Part shown: positions 35,427-45,179 of the stretch, one piece after another
Layout: every line of letters begins with the position of its first letter
Numbering within the stretch: the first letter of the stretch is position 1
Origin: a virus
DNA length: 64,000 bases
Reading direction: 5' to 3' (one strand)
IMG/VR virus record: IMGVR_UViG_3300028393_000021
Position numbers and translations under genes: made by a program
Notes under the pieces: generated by a model
Databases searched by the model: none
Told to the model about the DNA's origin: nothing
What the model saw: only the letters and a program-made list of their open reading frames with translations

Positions 35427-36122
35427 TTATTTTATACCTGCCTCGTTTAAAATTTCATTCACTAATAACACATCAGCAGGAGATTCTTTAAATTTCTTCA
35501 ACCAAAATTTAATATCAAAGGCCGGAGAGATCATAGCCAATTGTTCGTCATTCATTTTACTAACCATATCTTTACCCGAGGCTGAATTTAGTATTACCCA
35601 AGAACTAACTCTACCATTTAATACATCATATACTGCTTTATTCAAACTAACTTGTGAAAAGTATTGTGTAAATTCTATACTATGCTCATCGCCCCATTCC
35701 ATCATAGTTTGTAATGTACGTTGTACAGCACTTTCGACGGGCTCTAACTTTAATGTTTCAAACAGATATTGATCATACAATTCATCTCGGCACCAGTGAT
35801 CTAACTTAACTCCGCTCTTGATTACAAAGTCAATAAATTTAGTTGGATATAAAGGACTTACATTATTAATAAAACTTCCAAATTTTACAAATGCATTGTA
35901 ATAACTGCTATCCGCAAATTCATTATAATTTTTATTTTTTTTGGCATTTTGTGTTAGTTGCCAAAAACGATTAAATGCCATGAAGCCTGCTTGTACACGT
36001 TTCTCATCTTTTTGTAAAGCTCGCCTTTTTCGTTCACACATATGCGCCACGAGAGTTTTTTCTTGCATAAAACTCTTGTTACACCATATGCAACTATGTG
36101 GTTGACTTACTAATGCAATCAC
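35427..36122 (-). CDS. Hypothetical protein with N-terminal Zn finger
   Basis: CIWC...HMC. Confidence 0.65.
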   Translation of the reverse strand: MIALVSQPHSCIWCNKSFMQEKTLVAHMCERKRRALQKDEKRVQAGFMAFNRFWQLTQNAKKNKNYNEFADSSYYNAFVKFGSFINNVSPLYPTKFIDFVIKSGVKLDHWCRDELYDQYLFETLKLEPVESAVQRTLQTMMEWGDEHSIEFTQYFSQVSLNKAVYDVLNGRVSSWVILNSASGKDMVSKMNDEQLAMISPAFDIKFWLKKFKESPADVLLVNEILNEAGIK

Positions 36123-36610
36123 TCGTATTCTTTACGTTGTTTTTTATCAAATCCCATACCGTCTAACAACTCATCTTTTTCAGTGTCAGTCATTAACTTA
36201 GCCAATAGTTTAACGTCTTCAATTTTATAACTAGGATGAAGTTCTGCCAACAACTTCTCAATTTTATTAAATTCTTTTTTAAGTGCAGGTAGATATGGAT
36301 GATACGTTTTGACTCCGGCACCAACTGCTGCATATAGTTGCCACAATAATTTTTCGTTATCTTTACCTAAACTAAAATAGTTTTTATTTACTAATTCGTT
36401 GGTACGTTCTATAAACCATTCTTGCAAGTCACTATCATTAGAGTCAACATTACTAACATAGCGCATTAGTATATATGGACTAAATTCTTTTAATTCTGCC
36501 GTAGACAGATTGTCGTAGAAGTCGTAATTCTTATTATCAACCGCAGATAGTACTCGAGATATATCGAGTTCTCTTTTCTTTTTAGGTTTACTTGTCTTTG
36601 CGGTTGCCAT
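36119..36610 (-). CDS. Possible clamp loader small subunit (gp62-like)
   Basis: FSPYILMRYVS...TNELVN...L pattern; replication-cluster context. Confidence 0.4.
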   Translation of the reverse strand: MATAKTSKPKKKRELDISRVLSAVDNKNYDFYDNLSTAELKEFSPYILMRYVSNVDSNDSDLQEWFIERTNELVNKNYFSLGKDNEKLLWQLYAAVGAGVKTYHPYLPALKKEFNKIEKLLAELHPSYKIEDVKLLAKLMTDTEKDELLDGMGFDKKQRKEYE

Positions 36611-36845
36611 ATGTTTTTTCGTAGTGATCTGTTAGATAGTATGTTACTTTAACACGTTCTAAAGCTGCGTGTAAAGTGGGATTTGTTTCGGCCGCACGTC
36701 TTATATTTCCCCATAGTTTTCTCTCCATTATATCATCATGCAGTGATTTTTTCTTTTCACTTTCAGAATGCAACGTACGATCAATAGAGCCGGCCTCTCT
36801 GACATAAACAGTTTTGCCGTTGTCCGGACTTTCAAATATTGGCAT
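36588..36845 (-). CDS. Hypothetical protein (MPIFESPD...)
   Basis: Overlaps upstream stop. Confidence 0.6.
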   Translation of the reverse strand: MPIFESPDNGKTVYVREAGSIDRTLHSESEKKKSLHDDIMERKLWGNIRRAAETNPTLHAALERVKVTYYLTDHYEKTYGNRKDK

Positions 36846-37348
36846 TACCAGCACCTCGTATAATCCACTAGTTCACTTTGACGACTGACTTCTTTGACAA
36901 AATATGCACAAACAGGTTTAGCGCCTGACTCTAATGGAGTGCATAGTAGCTGTCCAGGTTTCATTTTTGGAAAATACCATTTAACATCTTGATAGATATC
37001 AACTATATCAATATCGTGAAACTCGGGTCTAAACCCAGATATTGGATTAAAGCAAAATGTTCTAAAACCTCTATCATTAAGACTAGTTAGCGGCAATACT
37101 TCCATTTCGGGCCCTGCAGGATCACCCACAATAGTACACCAATCCAGCGGCATAGTAAGGTCGTATGGTCCAATTTTTAATACAGCAGCGGGGCCTGTAA
37201 AACTTTCTAAAAAGATCAAAGGTATAAAAAAATAATCTGGATTTTTATTATCACTATTATCTAGTACAGAAAATCTCAAATCTTCATCTACTTCTTCGGG
37301 TAGATCATTTAGGAAGAATACTTTATTTTCTAAGGTTAGTATTTGCAT
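36845..37348 (-). CDS. Hypothetical protein
   Basis: 167-aa ORF tightly packed downstream of uvsW. Confidence 0.65.
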   Translation of the reverse strand: MQILTLENKVFFLNDLPEEVDEDLRFSVLDNSDNKNPDYFFIPLIFLESFTGPAAVLKIGPYDLTMPLDWCTIVGDPAGPEMEVLPLTSLNDRGFRTFCFNPISGFRPEFHDIDIVDIYQDVKWYFPKMKPGQLLCTPLESGAKPVCAYFVKEVSRQSELVDYTRCW

Positions 37349-37349
37349 G

Positions 37350-38801
37350 TTAATATTTTACTTTTTGTATTGCGAAGTCATATTTGGCTTCTTTATAAAA
37401 CCGTTTTCGTTCAGTTAAATGTCGTTTAGCATATTTAGATGCTGCTGTTATGTCCCAGATCTGGACGAAGTCTTTGTCGTCTGCTTTTCGAATGCCACGC
37501 CCAATACTTTGTATAACTCTAACAAAGCTCTTTCCGGGCTCCAAAAGAACCAGATTAAAAATACGAGGAATATTAATACCCACAGCGGCCACACCAAAAG
37601 TCGCCACAATAATCTTGTTATTAGCTGTTTTAATTTCATCATATTCTTCTTTTCTATCTTTGGTTTTGACTTCACCTGAAACAAATACTGCCTCTGGTAT
37701 TTGTTCAATTATGAATTTTCCCGAGTCAATTCTATTAACTAGAACTAACGTATTTCCTGATGTTGCAATATTTCGAATCATATTACTGATATATGTCATC
37801 CGTGTGCTATCAGTAACAAGATATTTTAATTCTTCTGCATAACTTCCAAACTCTTTCCACTCTGCGGTTTGTACAACATTTACATGACAATTACTTAATA
37901 CGCCTTTTTCCTGTAACTCGTGTGCAGATATATGATGAATAACATCTCCTAAACTTGCTCTCAATGCTTGGTATTCGTGTTCTGCTTTTGGAATAGTTCC
38001 AGTTAGGCCCCATCGAATAGGTGCATTTGACAAGTTGTGGGTTAATAATTTCTTTAATACATCAGCTTTGGCCATATGTACCTCATCGACTATTACAGTA
38101 TTAACACCGTCAAGGAACTCAGCTAATGACAATAATTCTTCATCATCGTGTGATTTTTTATCTAAAATATTTAGACTTTGCCAAGTACATATAGTGTGTG
38201 TTTTGTTGAGATCTTTTCTATCTCCATAATACACACCTACATCAAGTTTACAATTAACAAAGTCTTCTTCGGTTTGTTCTACTAAACTTTTGTTAGGAAC
38301 AATAGTTATTGTTCTGCCATATTTTTCACATATTTTTGATAATGTAGCAGTGATAATAGTTTTACCTGCACCTGTGGCAACTTCTTGTAGACATTGTGGA
38401 TTTTTTAAGAAATTATTTACAACATCACATTGATAATCACGCATACGGATAGGTTTGCCTTCCATGATATGCCCTTTAGGCCAGCATAGATCACCCCAAA
38501 ACTCTTCAGTGATTTCTGGAAATTCTAATGGTGGACTAGTTCGTTGATCGCTTACTTCGATATAATAATTTTTACTTTCTAAATATTCTAGCACAGGTCC
38601 AAGCATACTAAGATATGTAGTTCCACCTAATCCAAAGAAACTAATACTGCCATCCCAACGACCTAACTTATAACTAGGTCTAAAACGAGCAGTGGGATCC
38701 TCGTATTTGAATTTTTTGACCAATGCTTTACGTGTGTCAAGATCTAAATTTTCAATCTTAACATTTACCTCGTCTTTAATAACAATTTTACAGGAGGCCA
38801 A
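37350..38801 (-). CDS. uvsW: SF2 DNA helicase UvsW
   Basis: RDYQ; ATGAGKT; VDEVH; GLTGT; QSIGRGIR. Confidence 0.92.
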   Translation of the reverse strand: MASCKIVIKDEVNVKIENLDLDTRKALVKKFKYEDPTARFRPSYKLGRWDGSISFFGLGGTTYLSMLGPVLEYLESKNYYIEVSDQRTSPPLEFPEITEEFWGDLCWPKGHIMEGKPIRMRDYQCDVVNNFLKNPQCLQEVATGAGKTIITATLSKICEKYGRTITIVPNKSLVEQTEEDFVNCKLDVGVYYGDRKDLNKTHTICTWQSLNILDKKSHDDEELLSLAEFLDGVNTVIVDEVHMAKADVLKKLLTHNLSNAPIRWGLTGTIPKAEHEYQALRASLGDVIHHISAHELQEKGVLSNCHVNVVQTAEWKEFGSYAEELKYLVTDSTRMTYISNMIRNIATSGNTLVLVNRIDSGKFIIEQIPEAVFVSGEVKTKDRKEEYDEIKTANNKIIVATFGVAAVGINIPRIFNLVLLEPGKSFVRVIQSIGRGIRKADDKDFVQIWDITAASKYAKRHLTERKRFYKEAKYDFAIQKVKY

Positions 38802-39960
38802 TCTTATTCACCTTTTTTGATTTAATGTTAATAACATTATTATGCCATTGTACAAAATTTTTAATTGAATGATGTATATTATAAAAATTAAAATTTATAA
38901 CAGAATTAAAATGAATATTCTTTTCAATTATAGGTTTAGGAATTTTGCCACTAACAAATACAACTTTTGTATTAGCATGGATTGGAGAATTTAATTTATT
39001 TTCTTTAATAAATTCATTAAATTTTTCACCAGTTTCTTTGGGTAATCTAAACATTACACTAATGTCTTCATTGGCAATATTATTAGTTTTTAAAAAATTC
39101 AATGATACTTTTAATTTTTCTAATTCAGTTCCACCGGGTATTACAAACAATGTAGGTGTCATATTTATTATGATATCATTCAATGAAGTTAGCGTGTCTT
39201 CTTCCAACTCGATTGCCTCCATTGGGTCAGTTTGTAAAAACTTTTTAGTAAAATCACTGGCCGATTGCCATTCAGCAGTGTTTGCTATATGATCGTCCCA
39301 GGTAAAAATGCCCAATCGTCTTGCATAGAATAAAGTTTCTATAACACTAAAACCAGTTGGTTGTTTAATATAATCTGAAATATTTACAAATTTTAAATTT
39401 CTGCCTTGGGATACTACCATAGGTATATATCTGTCCATATTGTTTTTAATATCTGCAATTTGCTTTTGATATTCTCTAAATTCTTCGTAAACTATAAAAT
39501 TATCTTCGTCTGCAATTGCACTCACACATAACAATGTTTGTTCAGTTAATGCAAATTCCCAGGTCTTTTCAGTGGGATTCCAAGTTACATAATTACAATT
39601 ATGTTTTTCTTTTCTAATCTTGTTTACTATAGTCTCATTATACGGAAATTTAACTCTAATTATTTTACCATACGTTTCATGAGCAATAATGCTTATGCTT
39701 TTAATATTATTAACAATCCTGTGTTGAGTTCTAAATTTGGGACTATCTAAAAATGTTGTTATATCTTGATGTAGTATAGTGTTTAAATTTATCAATTGTT
39801 TTTTTAAAATCTTAACGGAAAGCGATCCTTGCTTTTCGCTTAACCCTAATCCCTTGACTATTTGACTGGACAAACTTGATATCAAGTTTGAATCATAGGA
39901 ATTCATAGTCGCAATCTGCGGACTAGTAAACAATGCAAGAATTATATCTTCAATATACAT
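38788..39960 (-). CDS. Hypothetical protein
   Basis: 390-aa ORF between uvsY and uvsW. Confidence 0.65.
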   Translation of the reverse strand: MYIEDIILALFTSPQIATMNSYDSNLISSLSSQIVKGLGLSEKQGSLSVKILKKQLINLNTILHQDITTFLDSPKFRTQHRIVNNIKSISIIAHETYGKIIRVKFPYNETIVNKIRKEKHNCNYVTWNPTEKTWEFALTEQTLLCVSAIADEDNFIVYEEFREYQKQIADIKNNMDRYIPMVVSQGRNLKFVNISDYIKQPTGFSVIETLFYARRLGIFTWDDHIANTAEWQSASDFTKKFLQTDPMEAIELEEDTLTSLNDIIINMTPTLFVIPGGTELEKLKVSLNFLKTNNIANEDISVMFRLPKETGEKFNEFIKENKLNSPIHANTKVVFVSGKIPKPIIEKNIHFNSVINFNFYNIHHSIKNFVQWHNNVINIKSKKVNKIGLL

Positions 39961-40008
39961 AATAAAATTATAGCATCAAACAAAAAGGAGAGCAAGTCTC
40001 CTTGTGTT

Positions 40009-40464
40009 TTAAAGAACAATATCTTCTAGACCGGCTGCTCGAAGTTTAATGATATTACTCAATTGCCATTGTTTAATATCTAAACCTTTAATAATGCCCA
40101 GCCATTGATTGCGTAGTAGTGCAAACTCATTGATAATCTTTTCCATATCCACAACATCTGCTTCGCCGTCTACATACTTCTCAACGTCTCTACTGCTGAG
40201 TGCCCGTTGATAGTTTTCTAAATATTTCTTAAAAGTTTTAGAACGTAGTCGACGTAGTTCAATGTTAAGATATTCTAAGATACCTTCAATTTCTTGAAGT
40301 TGATTAAATCGATAAGCAACTAGACCCGGCAAAGCAGCAGAAGATTTTTCCACGTTGCCGTGGATGGTAACCTCTGCTCTTGCTTGTTCTAATTCAAGGT
40401 AATAGTAATCGATACAACCCGGCAAGTGAGCAATATCCTTGCTTACTTTGCTGTACCATTTCAC
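40009..40464 (-). CDS. uvsY: Recombination mediator UvsY
   Basis: Helical; RDVEKYVDGE; KGLDIKQWQLSN; downstream of uvsX. Confidence 0.8.
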   Translation of the reverse strand: MKWYSKVSKDIAHLPGCIDYYYLELEQARAEVTIHGNVEKSSAALPGLVAYRFNQLQEIEGILEYLNIELRRLRSKTFKKYLENYQRALSSRDVEKYVDGEADVVDMEKIINEFALLRNQWLGIIKGLDIKQWQLSNIIKLRAAGLEDIVL

Positions 40465-40466
40465 AA

Positions 40467-40712
40467 TTAATCCTCGTCTTCGTAATAATCATCTTCAGCA
40501 TCATGCTCATCAATTTCGTTGAATTCATCAAGAACTAGTTTGATAGCAGAGTCAAGATGGGGGTCAAACCCCATTACCGCCTCTAATACTTTAACGGATA
40601 TATCTTGACCGACTAAAAAATCAACGTAATGATTTGCTGCGGTTTCACGATTCTTTTCAGGCATATAATCCTTAAAAGTATCCCATACACCAATAATTAA
40701 ATCTTCTTCCAT
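40467..40712 (-). CDS. Hypothetical acidic protein
   Basis: 81-aa ORF. Confidence 0.65.
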   Translation of the reverse strand: MEEDLIIGVWDTFKDYMPEKNRETAANHYVDFLVGQDISVKVLEAVMGFDPHLDSAIKLVLDEFNEIDEHDAEDDYYEDED

Positions 40713-40713
40713 T

Positions 40714-41772
40714 TTATGCTTCCTCTGTTTCTACTGCCTCTACAGGCACAATAATAGTATCATCCCATTCGGCCATGATTACAGTTAATCCATCTTTTTC
40801 ATTACTATTCCATGCTTTACGAAATTGTTTAATAATCTCACCGTCTTTAGTTGTATAAACAAGACTGTTGCCTTCTTTCTTCAACTTTCCCCTGGCTTCA
40901 AACAAATCAACTAACCCACTAAATGGACTCATACCTGTTGAATACGGAATTTCAACTTGTACGCTTTCAAAAGGTTTAGAATAACGTGTTTTCATGATTT
41001 TACAAGCACTACGAATACCGTTTACAGTAGTAGTTTTATTACCATCTTCGTCGGTTTTAAGTTTTAATTTACGCATTGCTACTACAATAGAGCTAGCGTA
41101 AATGAAACCTTGTCCACCTGAAATCTTATCATCTGGATCAAACATGTCTTGTGATGCATAAGTGTGATTTGTACAAATCATACCCACATTCCACGAGCCG
41201 AACATATTTACACAATTACGAACAAGACTAGTAAGTGCTTTAGGTTTACGGCCCATATCACCCTTCATCTCACCTGCTTCAAACTGATTTACATCAGTAG
41301 GTGTTAACAACATACCCAGAGAGTCAATGACAAACAGAATCTTTGGACGAGATTCTTCTGGCATAACTTTGTACTCTTTCATAAACTCAGATATAGTTTT
41401 TGCTACATCGTCAATCATGGCCATGTTGAGTTTAAGTAGTTTGTCGTCACTGGTATCAACACCTAAATCTAGGAGCCATTTTTCGTCAAGGGCGTTTTCG
41501 CTATCAACTAGGATAACGTAAATTCCTTGTTCTTGAGCATGACGAATAATGTTGCCGGAACAGATATAACTCTTTCCGGCACCACTTTCACCTGCAAATA
41601 CCGTTACCTTACCCAAAGGAACTCCTTTGAAGAAGTCCCCCGAGATAAGATAGTTTAGAGCATAATTGCCGGTGCTAATCCAGTCTGTTGGGTCATTAAA
41701 TCCTATACCAAGTCCATCAATGCTTTTAGTAATGCTTTTTCTAAACTTGCTAATATCAAAAGCCTTTCCCAT
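40714..41772 (-). CDS. uvsX: RecA-like recombinase UvsX
   Basis: AGESGAGKS; VDSENA; FVIDSLG; SGGQG. Confidence 0.93.
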   Translation of the reverse strand: MGKAFDISKFRKSITKSIDGLGIGFNDPTDWISTGNYALNYLISGDFFKGVPLGKVTVFAGESGAGKSYICSGNIIRHAQEQGIYVILVDSENALDEKWLLDLGVDTSDDKLLKLNMAMIDDVAKTISEFMKEYKVMPEESRPKILFVIDSLGMLLTPTDVNQFEAGEMKGDMGRKPKALTSLVRNCVNMFGSWNVGMICTNHTYASQDMFDPDDKISGGQGFIYASSIVVAMRKLKLKTDEDGNKTTTVNGIRSACKIMKTRYSKPFESVQVEIPYSTGMSPFSGLVDLFEARGKLKKEGNSLVYTTKDGEIIKQFRKAWNSNEKDGLTVIMAEWDDTIIVPVEAVETEEA

Positions 41773-41783
41773 AATCTATCTCC

Positions 41784-42767
41784 TTAGCTTTTTTGACGAT
41801 TGCGAATCATTGCGATGATATCGGCTGCTCTGCTAGATGCGTCACCACCAGCACTTTCTACTTTCGGAGTAGAGGGTGCAAATGTGGGAATGTCATCTTC
41901 ACTAATATCAGTTGTTGGAGCAGGCGCAGGCGCAGGAGCCGCCTTAGCTGTAGGTGCCGCAGTATCGTTATCACGACCGCCAAATCCTGCCGGTTTGAAG
42001 TATTGACTCCAACGAGCTGGATCATATGCTTCACCATCAACACTGGCTTCAAACATTTCTTTGATAGCTTTTAACTCTACTTCACCAGGTTTCTTAGGAA
42101 GAAAGTCTTTTAGACTAAACAAATTATATTGCTTGATGGCTGCGTTTTCTGTTTCGCCTAATGCACGTTCACGGCGCGACCAAGTGCTGGTAGAATAATC
42201 AGCATACCCACCTTTAGAAGTTTTAGCAATCTTAAAATCTAAACCGCGAACAAAGTCAGTGGGCATTTCTTCAATTTCACTATCCATTAACGCATTCTTA
42301 ACAATGTTAAAAATTTGACTACCAATAATAAATCGACGAATTGGATTCTCAGGTGTCTTACCTTCTTCTTGGTATTTGCTGTCAACTACAAAGCCTTGGA
42401 ACAAGTAAGATTTCTTTTTCCAGTACTTACGACCCATCTCTTCCAAAGATTTATCTTTGAACCATGGACGCACTTCTGTTAATACTGGACATGTCTCGCC
42501 CCACATTTCCATACATGGAACTTGTACAGTGACAGGTTTGGAATTTGTTTCGCCTTTAATACCAGCAAACGGCAATTTGATCATTGCACGTTCAATCCAG
42601 AAAAAAGTATTGCTTGAATCACCGTCAGGTAAGAAACGAACCGTTGCGGTTTGTCCTTCTGCGATATTCCAATGGGGGTAAATTGCGTTGTCTCCGCCGG
42701 ATGCGCTTCCGCCGTTTTGTTGAGATGATGCTTGAAGTTTTGCGCGAATTTCAGCTAAAGTTGCCAT
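41784..42767 (-). CDS. gp32: Single-stranded DNA-binding protein (T4 gp32-like)
   Basis: TVRFLP; C....CP; KKSY; GLDFKI; acidic tail. Confidence 0.9.
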   Translation of the reverse strand: MATLAEIRAKLQASSQQNGGSASGGDNAIYPHWNIAEGQTATVRFLPDGDSSNTFFWIERAMIKLPFAGIKGETNSKPVTVQVPCMEMWGETCPVLTEVRPWFKDKSLEEMGRKYWKKKSYLFQGFVVDSKYQEEGKTPENPIRRFIIGSQIFNIVKNALMDSEIEEMPTDFVRGLDFKIAKTSKGGYADYSTSTWSRRERALGETENAAIKQYNLFSLKDFLPKKPGEVELKAIKEMFEASVDGEAYDPARWSQYFKPAGFGGRDNDTAAPTAKAAPAPAPAPTTDISEDDIPTFAPSTPKVESAGGDASSRAADIIAMIRNRQKS

Positions 42768-42769
42768 AA

Positions 42770-42872
42770 TGTTTTTCCTTAATAAATGTTATATTATGCC
42801 TCTTCTTTAAAGCCAACTGACTAAAAAGAAAAATGTGTGCATACGATTAAGTATACACACATCTATTTATAC
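42770..42872 (-). promoter_or_regulatory. gp32 leader: TATAAATA promoter, two hairpins, then A/U-rich stretch before SD
   Basis: On -: atgtgtgtatac-ttaatc-gtatgcacacat; ttcttt..agtc-agtt-ggct..aaagaa; aagga SD. Confidence 0.6.
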
Positions 42873-42902
42873 ACACAACCTAAAAGGCTGCAATAATATG
42901 GT

Positions 42903-45167
42903 TTATTTTGCCAATCCGGCTAACTTCATAATGCTTTCAAGTTCAAATGATTCTTTTGGTAATCGTGGGCTACTCCAAACTTTGGCGCCCGAATCTTTAT
43001 TTTTTTGGTCGATTGATTTTTTTGCTAAGTCCTGACCTGGTTGTTTTTGCTTTCGAATATATGCTGGAACATTAACTGGATCTACGCTATCTTCTTGTGC
43101 ATTTTTAAGTTTACCTGTGCGCTCTAAATCTTTCAGCATGTCAATACGATCACGAACTCCAGCAATGCCTGGTTTGATAGCATGAGCAGCCATACGTTGT
43201 TGATATGTTGGATTATCGGCATGTTTCATTGTGGTATCATATTGATGACTGTGTTGAGGATTATTCTCTTCCATTTCAGGTTGACCCATGCCTTCTACTT
43301 TTTGTTTAATATTGCCTACTAGTTCCATCATTCTTGCTAATCCGTCGTCTTGGTGACCGTTAGCAACTTTGCCATGCTTTTGGTGCCATTGCTGTGTTAA
43401 TTTTTCCATGAATGTTCTTGCCATTTCGCCTGCTTGCTTGCCAGCTTTCTCGCCAAACTTTTCACTAATTTGTTTTTCTACATCAATAACAATACCCTCC
43501 TCTCCACGGAATGGGCCCACGGATTCGTTAGATGCATTATAAAAACTTTTAACAATTTTAGCTACTTCTTGTACCATGCTGCCCTTACTACCTTCTGCTA
43601 CTGGTTGTTCGGGTGCTGCTGGTGCTGCTGGAGGTACTTCAGGTGCAGCTGGAGGTGCTTCGCCCCCTTCCATACCCAATGCTGCCAACAATGCTGGATT
43701 ATTTTCTTTTGCCCATGATTGAAATAATTGAATAGGAGTTGCTCGAATTTCCTCATCTCTGCCTTGTTCGTCGTGTAATGATGTTTCAAATTCATCAAAA
43801 TTTGGTAATTCTACTAGACCTAAATCAGGATTACTAAAGAATGCATCTGCTGCTGTAGAATCTAATTCTGGTCCTTGCTCGCCTTGTGGTAATGCTTCAA
43901 TTGCTGCTTTTAAATTATTAAGTTGGTCAGGTGTAAGTGTGCCTTTTTCTGTTGATTCGGCCCACTCTTCAAATTTTTCAAATCCTTCTTTTGGCATTGC
44001 CTGTTTTGCTAAATGCTTTGCTCTGGACTGACCGCCGTGATCAGCGCCGTCGGAACCTTTTGTGTCAGTAGATGTGTCATCATCTTTTTCACGGGCATCT
44101 GCTTCGTCGTCTGTTTCCCATGGACGAGCACCTTCTTCTACATATTCTTCAAGGTCAACGGTATTAGCCTCACGCATGATGCTATGTAGTAGTGGAAAAA
44201 ATCCAACTAATTCTTCTTGGAAATTTGTTTGTGTAAATTTACTCTTGTAATCTTCTAATGTTACTGCGTCGAGGACCATTTCATCTGTTGCTGGTTCCAT
44301 GCCTGAATTATCAAAATCTTCTTTCCATGATTGGTAATGATGGCGTTTGCCTAATGCTGCTACTCGTGCCTTAAGTTCGTTCATGTGGCCTATGGCTCGT
44401 TCCGCAATTCCATGTGCATCGGCGTGCAATGAACTACGTTGTATGTGTCGTTGGAATTCACCCAACGCTGCAATGTTTTCACTCATTTTAATGATTGCTT
44501 TGCCTGCTGGATCATGTGGAATACCGCCATGATCTACGTGTTGTGCCATTGCAAACGCACCTGCTGTGTGTATAAATGGATATTTAAAACGCTCGCCGTC
44601 TGAATTTTGTATAAAAATTGCTTTGATATTTTTACTTTGGCTACGAGCGCCTGGATATGTTTCTGCTACCTTATTTGCGTGACGTACAATAACTTCTGTC
44701 TTGCCCTGTACGGCGCGGCTAGTCTTGCTAGAACTTTTTTGATTCCAGCGTGATTCGTTCATAGTTGTCATATCTAGGTCTTCCTTGGGGCCTTGTGTTG
44801 CGGCCAAATGTTGAAAATCATTTTTGTCGAGATGTGTTTTTGCAATATCTCTAGTATCAAATCTTAACAATCTTCTCATTGAAAATAGTCGCATTTCTTT
44901 GAGAAAATTGTACCACATTTTTCTAGCAGGGTCATCTTGATTTTCGGTAATGCCCTGACTATAATAAACTTTTAAACTTCCTGCGTCATTTAAACTGATG
45001 CTAACTCTGCCTAGATTAACACCCTCATTAATAAAATCAAAATCAAAGAATCTTGCTTCTGCTGGATCAATAGTAACCGCACCAGTTTCGTCACCCATTT
45101 CTAGATTTTGAAAACGACTACGAATTTTATCGAATAAATCTTGAGATATTAGTTGTATGGCTTTCAT
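42903..45167 (-). CDS. Large hypothetical protein, probably head-associated
   Basis: 754 aa, acidic low-complexity linkers; ATAAATA 6 nt before ATG; next to terminase. Confidence 0.55.
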   Translation of the reverse strand: MKAIQLISQDLFDKIRSRFQNLEMGDETGAVTIDPAEARFFDFDFINEGVNLGRVSISLNDAGSLKVYYSQGITENQDDPARKMWYNFLKEMRLFSMRRLLRFDTRDIAKTHLDKNDFQHLAATQGPKEDLDMTTMNESRWNQKSSSKTSRAVQGKTEVIVRHANKVAETYPGARSQSKNIKAIFIQNSDGERFKYPFIHTAGAFAMAQHVDHGGIPHDPAGKAIIKMSENIAALGEFQRHIQRSSLHADAHGIAERAIGHMNELKARVAALGKRHHYQSWKEDFDNSGMEPATDEMVLDAVTLEDYKSKFTQTNFQEELVGFFPLLHSIMREANTVDLEEYVEEGARPWETDDEADAREKDDDTSTDTKGSDGADHGGQSRAKHLAKQAMPKEGFEKFEEWAESTEKGTLTPDQLNNLKAAIEALPQGEQGPELDSTAADAFFSNPDLGLVELPNFDEFETSLHDEQGRDEEIRATPIQLFQSWAKENNPALLAALGMEGGEAPPAAPEVPPAAPAAPEQPVAEGSKGSMVQEVAKIVKSFYNASNESVGPFRGEEGIVIDVEKQISEKFGEKAGKQAGEMARTFMEKLTQQWHQKHGKVANGHQDDGLARMMELVGNIKQKVEGMGQPEMEENNPQHSHQYDTTMKHADNPTYQQRMAAHAIKPGIAGVRDRIDMLKDLERTGKLKNAQEDSVDPVNVPAYIRKQKQPGQDLAKKSIDQKNKDSGAKVWSSPRLPKESFELESIMKLAGLAK

Positions 45168-45179
45168 ATAAGTTATTTA

